From positions 1-30,443 of the forward strand of contig JAEUWB010000033.1 of NCBI GenBank assembly GCA_016786595.1: a DNA stretch of 30,443 nt. The letters are read 5' to 3'. The position numbers were made by a program, and so were the translations under genes. The stretch comes from a bacterium. GTDB lineage: Bacteria > Bdellovibrionota_C > UBA2361 > SZUA-149 > JAEUWB01. The notes under the pieces are model-generated. The model searched no databases and was not told the origin of the DNA. It saw only the letters and a list, made by a program, of their open reading frames with translations. This document shows, piece after piece, positions 15,827-24,227 of this stretch (the first letter of the stretch is position 1; the number at the start of each line of letters is the position of its first letter).

Positions 15827-17728
15827 TTACTGATCGTCTAAGTCCTGTAAATGCTGGTCGAGTTTGCGGCCGGCAGATCTAAGGTCAGTAATTGCAAGCT
15901 GCACTTGCTCTTCAGTTTCTGCATCCTCAAGCGCAAGACGCCCATCCCGCAAAGCGTCAAGCATTTGCTGTCGGTCAGGGTCTTTAAACTGCTGTCCTTG
16001 AGTATCGAGTTTAAATTGGTAAGTAAAAATTGCGCTCTTCAAATTATGCTTGAGAGTTTGTAGCGGAGAGTCAGTTGCAGCTTCCTGAGCTTTTTCACTG
16101 TCTTCGCGATTTTGTGTTTGCGAACGTTCACGCTGCTCGTTGTAGATCGTGTTTTCCTTAAGTAGCTTGGCAATATCTTCATCCGACAGTCCAGAACTTG
16201 CCACAATTTCAACTTGTTTTTCTTCTCCAGTATCTAAATCTTTGGCCGAAACATGCACAATGCCTTCCTCGTCAACAGCGAAAGTCACCGCTATCTGCGG
16301 CACTCCGCGCGGCGCTGGTCGAATGCCGGAAAGCTCAAAGCGTCCTAAGGTTTTATTATCCGGTGCAAAAGAACTCTCTCCCTGTAAGACGTGAATACTA
16401 ACCTTCGGTTGGTTTGGTGCCGAAGTAGTAAAAATTTCAGTCTTGCTCATGGGAATTTTTGTATTGCGCGGGATTAAGACGTTCATAATCCCGCCTTGCG
16501 TTTCCATGCCCAGACTTAAACTCGTCACATCAAGTAGACTTACCCCTTTAACGAAACCTTCAAGTAGTCCGGCTTGGATTGCCGCACCGCGAGCAACCGC
16601 CTCATCCGGGTCAACGCTATCAAGCGGTTGCTTGCCAAAAATTTTCGCACAATAACGCTTCACGGCCGGCATGCGCGTCATGCCACCGACTAAAATTACT
16701 TCGTCGATATCTTCAGGGCGTAGATGGGCATCTTCAAGCGCTGCATAACAAGGCTTTTCCACACGGCGCAAAATTGGCTCGACAATTTTTTCTAAAGTCT
16801 TACGCTCAATTTCGATCTGAAACTGCCCCATGCCCTTAGATAAAAATGGCAAGCTAACCTTGGTCACTGGTTGAAAAGACAAAGTGTGCTTAATTTCTCG
16901 TGCCGTGTCCTTCAAAACCTGTAAGGCCATTTTATCGCCCATCACGTTAATTCCTGCCTTCGAGCGAATCACGTGCACTAGGAAATTCAAAATCTCAAGA
17001 TCGAAATCCTCGCCACCTAAATAAGTATCCCCATGGGTAGCCTTGACATCCATCATCCCGCCACGTAACTCGAGGATCGAGATATCAAAAGTGCCTCCAC
17101 CAAGGTCAAACACCGCAATCGTGCGGTCAGCTCCAGAACGCCCAGCACGCCGAGCTTGTTCCTCCTCAGAAAGATCCACCCCCTCTAAGCCGTAAGCTAG
17201 TGCTGCCGCAGTTGGTTCATTGATAATTCTTAAAACATCTAAGCCGGCAATCCGCCCCGCATCCTTTGTAGCTTGACGTTGCGAGTCGTTAAAATGTGCC
17301 GGCACTGTAATTACCGCACGATAAACCCGTTCTTTTAAATATTTTTCGGCAATTTCTTTCATGTGAATCAATACATGCGAAGAAATTTCCTCGGGACTGC
17401 GTTTTACTCCATCAGTTTCAACCCAGGCGTCATTGTTCGGAGCTGCAATTACCTTGTAAGGTAAGCGCCGCGCGGCTTCCTGCACTTCCGGACTATCATA
17501 CTTAAGCCCGATTAAACGTTTGACAGCAAAAATCGTATTCAGTGGATTGGTTGTCGTTTGACGAACTGCTGGATATCCGACAAGCGGCTCTTGATTCGCG
17601 TTTATGGCAAATACTGAAGGTGTGGTTTTGTTTCCTTCGGGATCAGCAATTACGACCGGTCGGCCATTTTCGATAATGGCCACGCAGCTGTTGGCGGTTC
17701 CTAGGTCTATCCCAATTACTTTACTCAT
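15827..17728 (-). CDS. dnaK: molecular chaperone DnaK (Hsp70)
   Basis: Hsp70 signatures are present: IGIDLGTANSCVAI, VFDLGGGTFDISIL, LGGEDFD, EPTAAALAYGL, LVGGMTRMPAV. The substrate-binding domain reads GIRPAPRGVPQIAVTFAVDEEGIVHVSAKD. No grpE or dnaJ gene is adjacent. No CIRCE element is seen upstream. Confidence 0.9.
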   Translation of the reverse strand: MSKVIGIDLGTANSCVAIIENGRPVVIADPEGNKTTPSVFAINANQEPLVGYPAVRQTTTNPLNTIFAVKRLIGLKYDSPEVQEAARRLPYKVIAAPNNDAWVETDGVKRSPEEISSHVLIHMKEIAEKYLKERVYRAVITVPAHFNDSQRQATKDAGRIAGLDVLRIINEPTAAALAYGLEGVDLSEEEQARRAGRSGADRTIAVFDLGGGTFDISILELRGGMMDVKATHGDTYLGGEDFDLEILNFLVHVIRSKAGINVMGDKMALQVLKDTAREIKHTLSFQPVTKVSLPFLSKGMGQFQIEIERKTLEKIVEPILRRVEKPCYAALEDAHLRPEDIDEVILVGGMTRMPAVKRYCAKIFGKQPLDSVDPDEAVARGAAIQAGLLEGFVKGVSLLDVTSLSLGMETQGGIMNVLIPRNTKIPMSKTEIFTTSAPNQPKVSIHVLQGESSFAPDNKTLGRFELSGIRPAPRGVPQIAVTFAVDEEGIVHVSAKDLDTGEEKQVEIVASSGLSDEDIAKLLKENTIYNEQRERSQTQNREDSEKAQEAATDSPLQTLKHNLKSAIFTYQFKLDTQGQQFKDPDRQQMLDALRDGRLALEDAETEEQVQLAITDLRSAGRKLDQHLQDLDDQ

Positions 17729-17967
17729 TTAAAAAGCCGTTTTTCGTCAAATACTTCGTTGCGGAAGATTTTTTGCTCCCCTCGTTTATTTTAAATAAAG
17801 TCGGGTCGCAAAAAATTCCCGCGCCTCGTCTTTGCCAGAAAAACGTCCTTTTAAAGAGCATATTTTCCTGGCCCAACTCATCTAAATTGTTACTACGAAG
17901 TTTAGCTACTGGTAGCATTAAGCATTCTCCGTTATAAGCATTATAATAGAAATTCGAGGTTTCGTGC

Positions 17968-18141
17968 ATGCAAAAATTAATATTCTTATTATTTTGTAGT
18001 CTTTTCTTAATCAGCTGTTCTTCAAGTAGCGAAGTCCCGCAACCTGCCGATGGTAAGCACTGCCTAACTAACGAAGATTGTAAAGCAGGGAATCGCTGCA
18101 GCCGCGGACTTTGTGAGGATATCTACCATCCGGGATTGTAG
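17968..18141 (+). CDS. small Cys-rich lipopeptide (57 aa), missing from the ORF track because it is under 60 aa
   Basis: It begins at ATG 17968 with a GAGGT RBS 7 nt upstream. The translation is MQKLIFLLFCSLFLISCSSSSEVPQPADGKHCLTNEDCKAGNRCSRGLCEDIYHPGL, with a signal peptide plus lipobox (LISC) and a mature region with 4 Cys. Confidence 0.55.
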   Translation: MQKLIFLLFCSLFLISCSSSSEVPQPADGKHCLTNEDCKAGNRCSRGLCEDIYHPGL

Positions 18142-18179
18142 ATTTTATTCCAGTTTGCAATGGGAAACGCTTGATATCG

Positions 18180-18253
18180 CTTAGGCTTGAATTTAACCTT
18201 ATCCTTAACCTGAAAATCATCAGCGAAAGGAAAAGTATAAGTTCAAGCCTAAG
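18180..18253. mobile_element. MITE-like 74-bp element with 12-bp terminal inverted repeats CTTAGGCTTGAA / TTCAAGCCTAAG (copy A)
   Basis: The terminal inverted repeats are exact reverse complements. A homologous copy lies at 24228-24302, sharing the TIRs, AACCTTAACC and AGTATRAGTTCAAGCCTAAG. Both copies sit between convergent gene ends. Confidence 0.55.
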
Positions 18254-18291
18254 GCTAAAAATATCTTAAAATAAGATTCATTTATAATTCA

Positions 18292-19227
18292 TCATTTCCG
18301 GATCATCCCTTGAATCGAATGTTTAATCCGACTTAATATCGAGTCTCCCGCAACTTGCCCGATCTCCGGGTTAAGTAAACTTAATAAGACAGTTTTAAAT
18401 TCTGTTGCCGATTGAAAACGCTCTGTTGGGTCAGGGTCGAGCGCGCGACCAATGATACGGATTAAATTATCACTATAACCTAAAAGTTTTTTTGAATTGA
18501 GTGGAAAACTTCCGACGAGTTTACTTGAAAGTTGCTCGGCCAGGGGTGCGTGTTCCCAGGGAACTTCACCTGTCATTAATTTATAGGCACTAACCCCAAC
18601 TGCATAAATATCGCTAACTTGTGAATACTGTCCGGCGCCAAGGCATTCAGGTGCCAGGTAATCAAATGTTCCTACGCCTGAATTTGCTTCATCTGTAGTA
18701 ATACTTTCGCCAGGCAAAAGCGCTAAACTAAAGTCCGTCAACTTGACCTTGCCGCCCTGCATCAAAAGAATATTTTCAGGCTTAATATCGCGATGGATTA
18801 CGCCAGCAGTATGCACCGCCTCAAGGCCAGTTAAAACTTGAATCAAGATCTCAATCAAGCGATATTCATTAGGGTGTTCTAGGCCCTCGCGCAAATCGCC
18901 ACCCTCAGCAAATTCCATTGCTAAGTAACACATTTTTGGATGTGAGACGTAGTCAATCAACTTTACAACATGATCATTGCGACAACAAAGTAAGGCCAGC
19001 GCTTCGCGCCGCATCCGGCTCGGATGATCTTGATCGTGCTTAGTTTCAGTATGTAAAACTTTTAAAGCAATTAAAGCCTGCGAAGCTGTTGCTCCGAGTG
19101 GGTGAGCCTTGTAGACCACACTGTTTTTGCTTTGCCAGATTGTGCCAACGATTTCATAGCGCTGATCAAACACGGTAGCATGCGTGTCATTCAATCTAAT
19201 GCTTTTTACTGCTAACGCTGAGCTCAT
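18292..19227 (-). CDS. Hanks-type Ser/Thr protein kinase, kinase domain only, atypical Gly-loop and DFS in place of DFG
   Basis: The motifs HRDIKPENILL (catalytic loop), IALK (beta3 Lys), DYLAPE (APE) and DxWxxG-like DIYAVGVSAY are present. The Gly-rich loop is VGTIWQSKNSVV, with only one Gly. The Mg-binding motif reads DFS. It is 311 aa with no transmembrane or sensor domain. Confidence 0.8.
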   Translation of the reverse strand: MSSALAVKSIRLNDTHATVFDQRYEIVGTIWQSKNSVVYKAHPLGATASQALIALKVLHTETKHDQDHPSRMRREALALLCCRNDHVVKLIDYVSHPKMCYLAMEFAEGGDLREGLEHPNEYRLIEILIQVLTGLEAVHTAGVIHRDIKPENILLMQGGKVKLTDFSLALLPGESITTDEANSGVGTFDYLAPECLGAGQYSQVSDIYAVGVSAYKLMTGEVPWEHAPLAEQLSSKLVGSFPLNSKKLLGYSDNLIRIIGRALDPDPTERFQSATEFKTVLLSLLNPEIGQVAGDSILSRIKHSIQGMIRK

Positions 19228-19472
19228 CGACTAAGAAAACAATCCTTATTGAAAAAAGCCAAGTCCTGTGACCTAAAAACATGGCCACTAGAGTAGTTAT
19301 GACAGCTCAGATCCGAAATGTAGCTCTGGAACTAAAACAAATTACTAAGTGATTACAATAGGTTGCCTAGATCAATGCCAACTCATTTGAATTCGGAAAA
19401 TAGTGCTCCACTTGTTACTCGGCGACAATTTTGAGAGTAATACCAGCTCGTTAGATAACGATCGGGAGTTTT

Positions 19473-19546
19473 GCGCCCATAGCTCAACAGGATAGAGCAC
19501 AAGCCTTCTAAGCTTGGGGTTGGTGGTTCGAGTCCACCTGGGCGCG
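19473..19546 (+). tRNA. tRNA-Arg (anticodon TCT), no encoded CCA
   Basis: The sequence is GCGCCCATAGCTCAACAGGATAGAGCACAAGCCTTCTAAGCTTGGGGTTGGTGGTTCGAGTCCACCTGGGCGCG. The acceptor GCGCCCA/TGGGCGC pairs, the anticodon loop is CTTCTAA, and the T-loop is TTCGAGT. Confidence 0.85.
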
Positions 19547-19604
19547 TGCCCTAATTTAGTTTATGACATATTCTGCATCACACAGTAAGAGTGAATAAAT
19601 ACTT

Positions 19605-19961
19605 ATGATCTCAACATATATCCCCGTCTTAGCTTTAATGGTCCTTGCCGCTGGATTTGTCGCGACAATGTTAATCCTCTCAACTGTTTTAGGACCGAAA
19701 CGCTATTCTGAAATGAAAGACGACCCTTTTGAATGTGGGTCAGTTCCTTCGGCAACTTTAGGAGATCGTTTCAGCGTTAAATTCTATTTAGTTGCCATGA
19801 TTTTTATACTTTTCGATATTGAAGTTGTTTTTATGTATCCCTGGGCAATTCAACTTAAACAACTCGGTTGGTACGGATTTTGGGCGATGAGTTCATTTAT
19901 GATCGTGCTTGCCTTTGGACTGGCGTACATCTGGCGGAAGGGTGTGCTAGACTGGACGTGA
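19605..19961 (+). CDS. nuoA: NADH-quinone oxidoreductase subunit A (ND3 family), orphan: no nuoB-N downstream
   Basis: It is 118 aa with 3 transmembrane segments. It shows the NuoA conserved pattern PFECGSVP...FSVKFYLVAMIFILFDIEVVFMYPWA...GLAYIWRKGVLDW. The next genes on the same strand are nadK and recN. Confidence 0.85.
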   Translation: MISTYIPVLALMVLAAGFVATMLILSTVLGPKRYSEMKDDPFECGSVPSATLGDRFSVKFYLVAMIFILFDIEVVFMYPWAIQLKQLGWYGFWAMSSFMIVLAFGLAYIWRKGVLDWT

Positions 19962-20007
19962 GGTTAGCAATTTTGGCTAAATACTTCGTTGCGGAAGATT
20001 TTCTAGG

Positions 20008-20053
20008 ATTTCATGTATTGCAATACATTGGAAATCCTAGAAAATTTCCGCGC
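20008..20053. promoter_or_regulatory. 46-nt near-perfect palindrome (14-bp outer stem, 2-nt bulge, 16-nt inner perfect palindrome) in the nuoA-nadK spacer
   Basis: TTTTCTAGGATTTC (20008-20021) pairs with GAAATCCTAGAAAA (20040-20053). The inner ATGTATTGCAATACAT (20022-20037) is self-complementary. The 24-nt motif AAATACTTCGTTGCGGAAGATTTT (19988-20011) overlaps it, and that motif also occurs in the dnaK leader (17749-17772). No T-run follows. Confidence 0.5.
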
Positions 20054-20135
20054 CGCGGCTTTATCTCAAACTTGCTTACCTCACGCAGACGATAATTTTA
20101 TGATCTAATACGGCAAACCTTCAGAATTTATTAGC

Positions 20136-21020
20136 ATGACGAAATTGAACAAAACAATTGGCATCGTCGCCAAGCCACAAAGCGAGAAGGCCCGTGAGCT
20201 GGCCAATGAAGTGCTCACTTGGGCACGACAGAAAAATTACAAGGTCGTGATTGAGGCTGAAATCGCTGATCAACTCAAACTCGAAGATCGCCCACAAGTA
20301 GTTTCGCGTGAAGAAATTGTAACAATTGCTGACCCGATTGTTGTGCTCGGAGGAGATGGGACGCTAATCAGCGTAATGCGCCATCCTTCCAAAGAGACTC
20401 CCACTGTAGTTGGAGTAAATGTAGGGACGCTTGGTTTTCTAACCGAGATTACAACTGCGGAAATGCTGCCTGTACTTGAATCAGTGATTAACGGGAATGC
20501 TCGAATCCGAGAGCGAACCTTGCTTGAGGTTGAAGTAATCAGTGCTGGGAAATCAGAAAAGACTTATGCAATTAATGATATCGTAATTGGCAAAGAAGCT
20601 TTGGCGCGTATTTTCGATGTCGAGCTTTATGTCGATGGCGAGTATGCCACAACCTTTCGAGGTGACGGTGTAATTGTTGCCACACCAATCGGATCGACCG
20701 CTTATTCACTTGCTGCTCATGGATCAATTGTGCACCCGCAAGTGCAAGGCACCTTGATTACTCCACTTTGCCCTCACAGCTTGACACATCGTCCTTTGGT
20801 TTTGCCCCAGCAGCTCCCACTCGTTCTCAAAGTTCCTGGCGAGGGCGCAGATGATAAAGTTTATCTCACCGTTGACGGTCAGGAGGGTTTTGACTTACCG
20901 AGTGGTAGTGAAATCCGAGTACAGCCCTCTAAATTCCACGTTAAAGTCACCAAATCTCCAACGAAAAGTTATTTCGAAGTATTAAGTACAAAATTGCATT
21001 GGGGCACGCGCCCAAAGTAG
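20136..21020 (+). CDS. nadK: NAD kinase
   Basis: The motifs GGDGTLI and NVGTLGFL are present, with ppnK/NadK architecture. It is 294 aa. Confidence 0.9.
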   Translation: MTKLNKTIGIVAKPQSEKARELANEVLTWARQKNYKVVIEAEIADQLKLEDRPQVVSREEIVTIADPIVVLGGDGTLISVMRHPSKETPTVVGVNVGTLGFLTEITTAEMLPVLESVINGNARIRERTLLEVEVISAGKSEKTYAINDIVIGKEALARIFDVELYVDGEYATTFRGDGVIVATPIGSTAYSLAAHGSIVHPQVQGTLITPLCPHSLTHRPLVLPQQLPLVLKVPGEGADDKVYLTVDGQEGFDLPSGSEIRVQPSKFHVKVTKSPTKSYFEVLSTKLHWGTRPK

Positions 21021-21033
21021 TTCTGATAGGCGT

Positions 21034-22713
21034 ATGTTAGTAACACTACGGATTAAACGTTTGGCAATTATCGATGAGCTTGAGCTTGATCTCGAGCCAG
21101 GACTAAACGTGATTACTGGTGAGACCGGGGCAGGTAAGTCCATTCTCTTAAAAGCAATCGATATGCTCACGGGTAAACGCGTCAGTGGGGATGCTGTGCG
21201 CTCGGGTGCCAAGGACACGGAAGTAGAAGGACTTTTTACTTTTGAACCTGAAGAAATCAAGAAATTGCAGGAACTCTACGGTGAGGAATTGCTTGAAGCT
21301 GATGAGGAAGAAATCATCATTCGCCGCGTGGTTGATCTGCAGGGTAAGAGCAAGGCCGCCGTTAACGGCAGACTCTGCACACTTAGTAAGCTCCAAGAAC
21401 TCTCGCGCGATCTCTTAGACATTACTTCGCAGCACGACCAACAGACGCTACTTTCGGCACGGTCGCAGCGCCGCCTGCTGGATGCAAATTTTATTGCCCC
21501 AGCCTTACTTACGCATGTGGCTACAAGCTTTCGCGAGTATAAGCAGTGCGCGGATGAGCTCGAGGCCTTTCTTGCTGCTCAGCAGGAGAAAGATCAGCGC
21601 CTTGCTAGAATATCTGCCGAACTAGAAGAGCTTGATACTCTTGATCTTAGTCCAACCAAGCGCGAGGATTTGGAAGCAGAGCTTTCCCGCTTAGCTAATA
21701 CTGAACAGCTACGGGAAATCACGAATCAGATTGAAACAATTTTTTCGGGTGATGGCAGCACGAAAACTGGTGGACTGAATCAACTTGCAAAGTCACTCCA
21801 GCAGGAGCTTGTTAGTCTGCAGCGCATCGACCAAACAGCAAGCCTCATGCTGGAACGTGCTCATTCAGCCTTTAATGAATTAACAGATATCCAGTTTGAA
21901 GTTGAAAAAATCGGCACAACGCTTGACGCTGACCCACAGTATGTCGAAGGACTACGTAAACTTCTTTCCGACATCTCGAGGGTGGAACGCCGCTATAGTA
22001 AACAAGGCGCAGAGCTTTTCAGCTATTATTTACAGATTAAACAAGAGTTTAATGATCTCACCCAGAGCGATAGTACCGAACGCAGGCTTAGAGAAAAGTG
22101 TGAAAGTGCTCGAAAAATACTGGCCAGCCATCAAGAAAAGTTGACGGAGGCGCGCAAGCAGGCGGCCGATAAATTAATTAAGCTCATCCCACAAGAATTA
22201 GCCAAAGTTAACCTAGCCAAGGCGCGCTTTAATGTTGTACTTGAACCTTGCCCAGCTAGTGCTGAAGGACAGGAGGAAGTGCGCTTTTATTTTTCAGCTA
22301 ATCCTGGCGAGAAAGAAGCTCCATTAGAGAAAGTTGCTTCGGGCGGAGAGCTTTCGCGCTTACTCTTAGTATTAAAAACAATTGTCAATAAACGATCCGG
22401 TGCCGGACTCCAGGTCTTTGATGAAATTGACACTGGCGTCGGTGGCGCAGTGGCGCAATCAATTGGTGAGAAGTTGAGCGCAGTTTCCGAACATACTCAA
22501 GTGATTGTTGTTACGCATGCACCCCAAGTTGCGGCATTTGCCGATTCACACTTCGTAGTGGCAAAAGAATCAGATCAAAAAACAACTCGCACGTTTGTCC
22601 GCAAGCTCACAGACAAAGACCAGGTCTCCGAATTGGCACGCATGCTTGCCGGAAAAGAAGTTACTCGCGAATTTGAAGAATCAGCACGCCGCTTACTGTC
22701 GTTGAGAAATTAA
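21034..22713 (+). CDS. recN: DNA repair protein RecN
   Basis: It has an SMC-like N-terminus with Walker A (ITGETGAGKSILL) and a long coiled-coil. The C-terminal signature and Walker B read GGELSRLLLVLK...QVFDEIDTGVGG...VIVVTHAPQVA. It is 559 aa. Confidence 0.9.
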   Translation: MLVTLRIKRLAIIDELELDLEPGLNVITGETGAGKSILLKAIDMLTGKRVSGDAVRSGAKDTEVEGLFTFEPEEIKKLQELYGEELLEADEEEIIIRRVVDLQGKSKAAVNGRLCTLSKLQELSRDLLDITSQHDQQTLLSARSQRRLLDANFIAPALLTHVATSFREYKQCADELEAFLAAQQEKDQRLARISAELEELDTLDLSPTKREDLEAELSRLANTEQLREITNQIETIFSGDGSTKTGGLNQLAKSLQQELVSLQRIDQTASLMLERAHSAFNELTDIQFEVEKIGTTLDADPQYVEGLRKLLSDISRVERRYSKQGAELFSYYLQIKQEFNDLTQSDSTERRLREKCESARKILASHQEKLTEARKQAADKLIKLIPQELAKVNLAKARFNVVLEPCPASAEGQEEVRFYFSANPGEKEAPLEKVASGGELSRLLLVLKTIVNKRSGAGLQVFDEIDTGVGGAVAQSIGEKLSAVSEHTQVIVVTHAPQVAAFADSHFVVAKESDQKTTRTFVRKLTDKDQVSELARMLAGKEVTREFEESARRLLSLRN

Positions 22714-22887
22714 CCTACATTTAAAGTGGCGGATTAATTTAGCTTTTTTATTGCGGTTATTTCACGCGATTACCCACAAGCCTGAGGGATTCAATTCTGG
22801 CGTAATTATGCTCGGAAATTTGCCATGTAGTGCTCTAGCTGCTATCACGTTCAGGTTCAAAACTTGCAACACAAAAAAGCAAGAACT

Positions 22888-23730
22888 ATGGAATTTAAAA
22901 ACATATTTTTACAAACAAAGACACGCGCCGAAATTAATCGCGTCCTAAAAACTCTGGCTGCAATCGCCACAGCGCTATTCGTATATCTCAGCCTACACGC
23001 CCCCCAAGGCAGTCACAACGGCTTAGACCGCGTTCGCTCTGCGCTACAAGGCGTTCAAGGCTATGAAGCAAAATTACGAACCCAGGCAAATGAACTACAG
23101 AAAGTTTTAGCCAAAATCCGCTCCCTTAGCTCTGATGACGCTGGCCGCAAATCATCTACAACAACTGACGAATCCGCGATCGGTGGCGGTATTAATATCG
23201 ATTCTCCGTTCTTCCTACTCGGAAATAACCACCTCGATAAAATATCGCTAAAATCAAATTACGACCTTTCAATTATCCTAGATAATCAAGTTAAAACACT
23301 TAAACATACCCCCTTAGGCTCTCCCGTAGCAGCAGGACGTATTACCTCTGACTTTGGCACCAGACTTTCTCCATTCGGTCGCAATTATCAAATGCACTCC
23401 GGAATCGATATTGCAGCCGACTATGGAACCGCAGTCCTTGCCTCAGCTGATGGCACAGTTATCTACGCCGGCCCAAAAAGCGGATACGGCAATGTCGTCA
23501 TTATTGAACACACCTCTGACCTCGAATCAGTCTATGCCCATCTCTCAGCATTCAACGTGCGCGTAGGTGATAAACTGTCGCGCGGCAGTAAAATCGGCCA
23601 AGTCGGCTCAACTGGCCACTCCACAGGCCCACACTTACACTACGAAATTCGCGATAACGGCCGCGCCCTCGATCCACAACCATTTCTAGATTTTGCAAAG
23701 TATATCGCAGAACTTGATCTACAAGCCTAA
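22888..23730 (+). CDS. M23 family metallopeptidase (EnvC/NlpD-like) with N-terminal TM and coiled-coil
   Basis: The track calls a TTG at 22864, but ATG 22888 (MEFKN) is more plausible. The transmembrane segment is VLKTLAAIATALFVYLSL. There is a coiled-coil (KLRTQANELQKVLAKIRSL). The M23 motifs are HSGIDIAADYGTAV, GYGNVVIIEH and GSTGHSTGPHLHYEI. Confidence 0.88.
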   Translation: MEFKNIFLQTKTRAEINRVLKTLAAIATALFVYLSLHAPQGSHNGLDRVRSALQGVQGYEAKLRTQANELQKVLAKIRSLSSDDAGRKSSTTTDESAIGGGINIDSPFFLLGNNHLDKISLKSNYDLSIILDNQVKTLKHTPLGSPVAAGRITSDFGTRLSPFGRNYQMHSGIDIAADYGTAVLASADGTVIYAGPKSGYGNVVIIEHTSDLESVYAHLSAFNVRVGDKLSRGSKIGQVGSTGHSTGPHLHYEIRDNGRALDPQPFLDFAKYIAELDLQA

Positions 23731-23787
23731 ACTGTCTATCTTCACCAACACCCATACGCATCAAACACGCCCACTTCACATAATTCC

Positions 23788-23860
<73 letters not shown>

Positions 23861-23894
23861 CTTACTTTTTCTTTCGCGAGAAAGAAAAAGTAAG
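23861..23894 (+). terminator. perfect 15-bp hairpin with GCGA tetraloop directly after tRNA-Ala
   Basis: CTTACTTTTTCTTTC-GCGA-GAAAGAAAAAGTAAG is a perfect 15-bp stem. It has the same 5' arm motif (CTTACTTTTT) as the hairpin after tRNA-Val. Confidence 0.55.
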
Positions 23895-24222
23895 CAAAAA
23901 GAAAGCGGTAGGCTTTCTTTTTGTAACTTTGCATGTTGTGCGTGAGCACGACAAAAGAATTCTGTGCGGAGAAGAAAGGTTGGACCAAAGAAAACGGTTA
24001 GTTTTCTTTGGGGTTACTTTTCCGTCGAGCTTTAGCTCGACCAATAATACTGCGCGAGAAAGCAGCGTTAGCTGGACCTATTCCATGAAAGGACTAGGTC
24101 ATGTAAGCAAAAAGAAAGCGGTAGGCTTTCTTTTTGTAACTTTGCATGTTGTGCGTGAGCACGACAAAAGAATTCTGTGCGAAAAAGAAAGGTTGGACCA
24201 AAGAAAACGGCAAGTTTTCTTT
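23890..24222 (+). repeat. two ~120-bp direct repeats (23890-24011 and 24103-24222, period 213 bp), each carrying three perfect hairpins
   Basis: The two copies are near-identical, each starting GTAAGCAAAAAGAAAGCGGTAGGCTTTCTTTTTGTAACTTTGCATGTTGTGCGTGAGCACGACAAAAGAATTCTGTGCG. The three hairpins are AAAGAAAGC-GGTAG-GCTTTCTTT, GTGC-GTGA-GCAC, and CCAAAGAAAAC-GGTTA-GTTTTCTTTGG (the last 11 bp perfect). A GTCGAGC-TTTA-GCTCGAC hairpin lies between the copies. It is not a CRISPR array: two copies, 120-nt units, no spacer regularity. Confidence 0.8.
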
Positions 24223-24227
24223 CACCC

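Noticed and set aside
17729-17967. CIRCE (HrcA) or sigma32 heat-shock promoter upstream of dnaK, and sigma32 promoter upstream of lon
   Set aside because: I searched by eye for TTAGCACTC-N9-GAGTGCTAA and CTTGAAA...CCCCATNT and found neither. Only the 24-nt shared motif was found, which is reported separately.
17721-17969. 82-aa minus-strand ORF overlapping the dnaK start and its upstream region
   Set aside because: It overlaps the dnaK N-terminus in another frame and covers the leader motif. There is no RBS, so it is probably spurious.
23890-24222. Possible CRISPR array
   Set aside because: There are only two repeat copies, the units are ~120 nt rather than 28-37 nt, there is no regular spacer pattern, and there are no cas genes.
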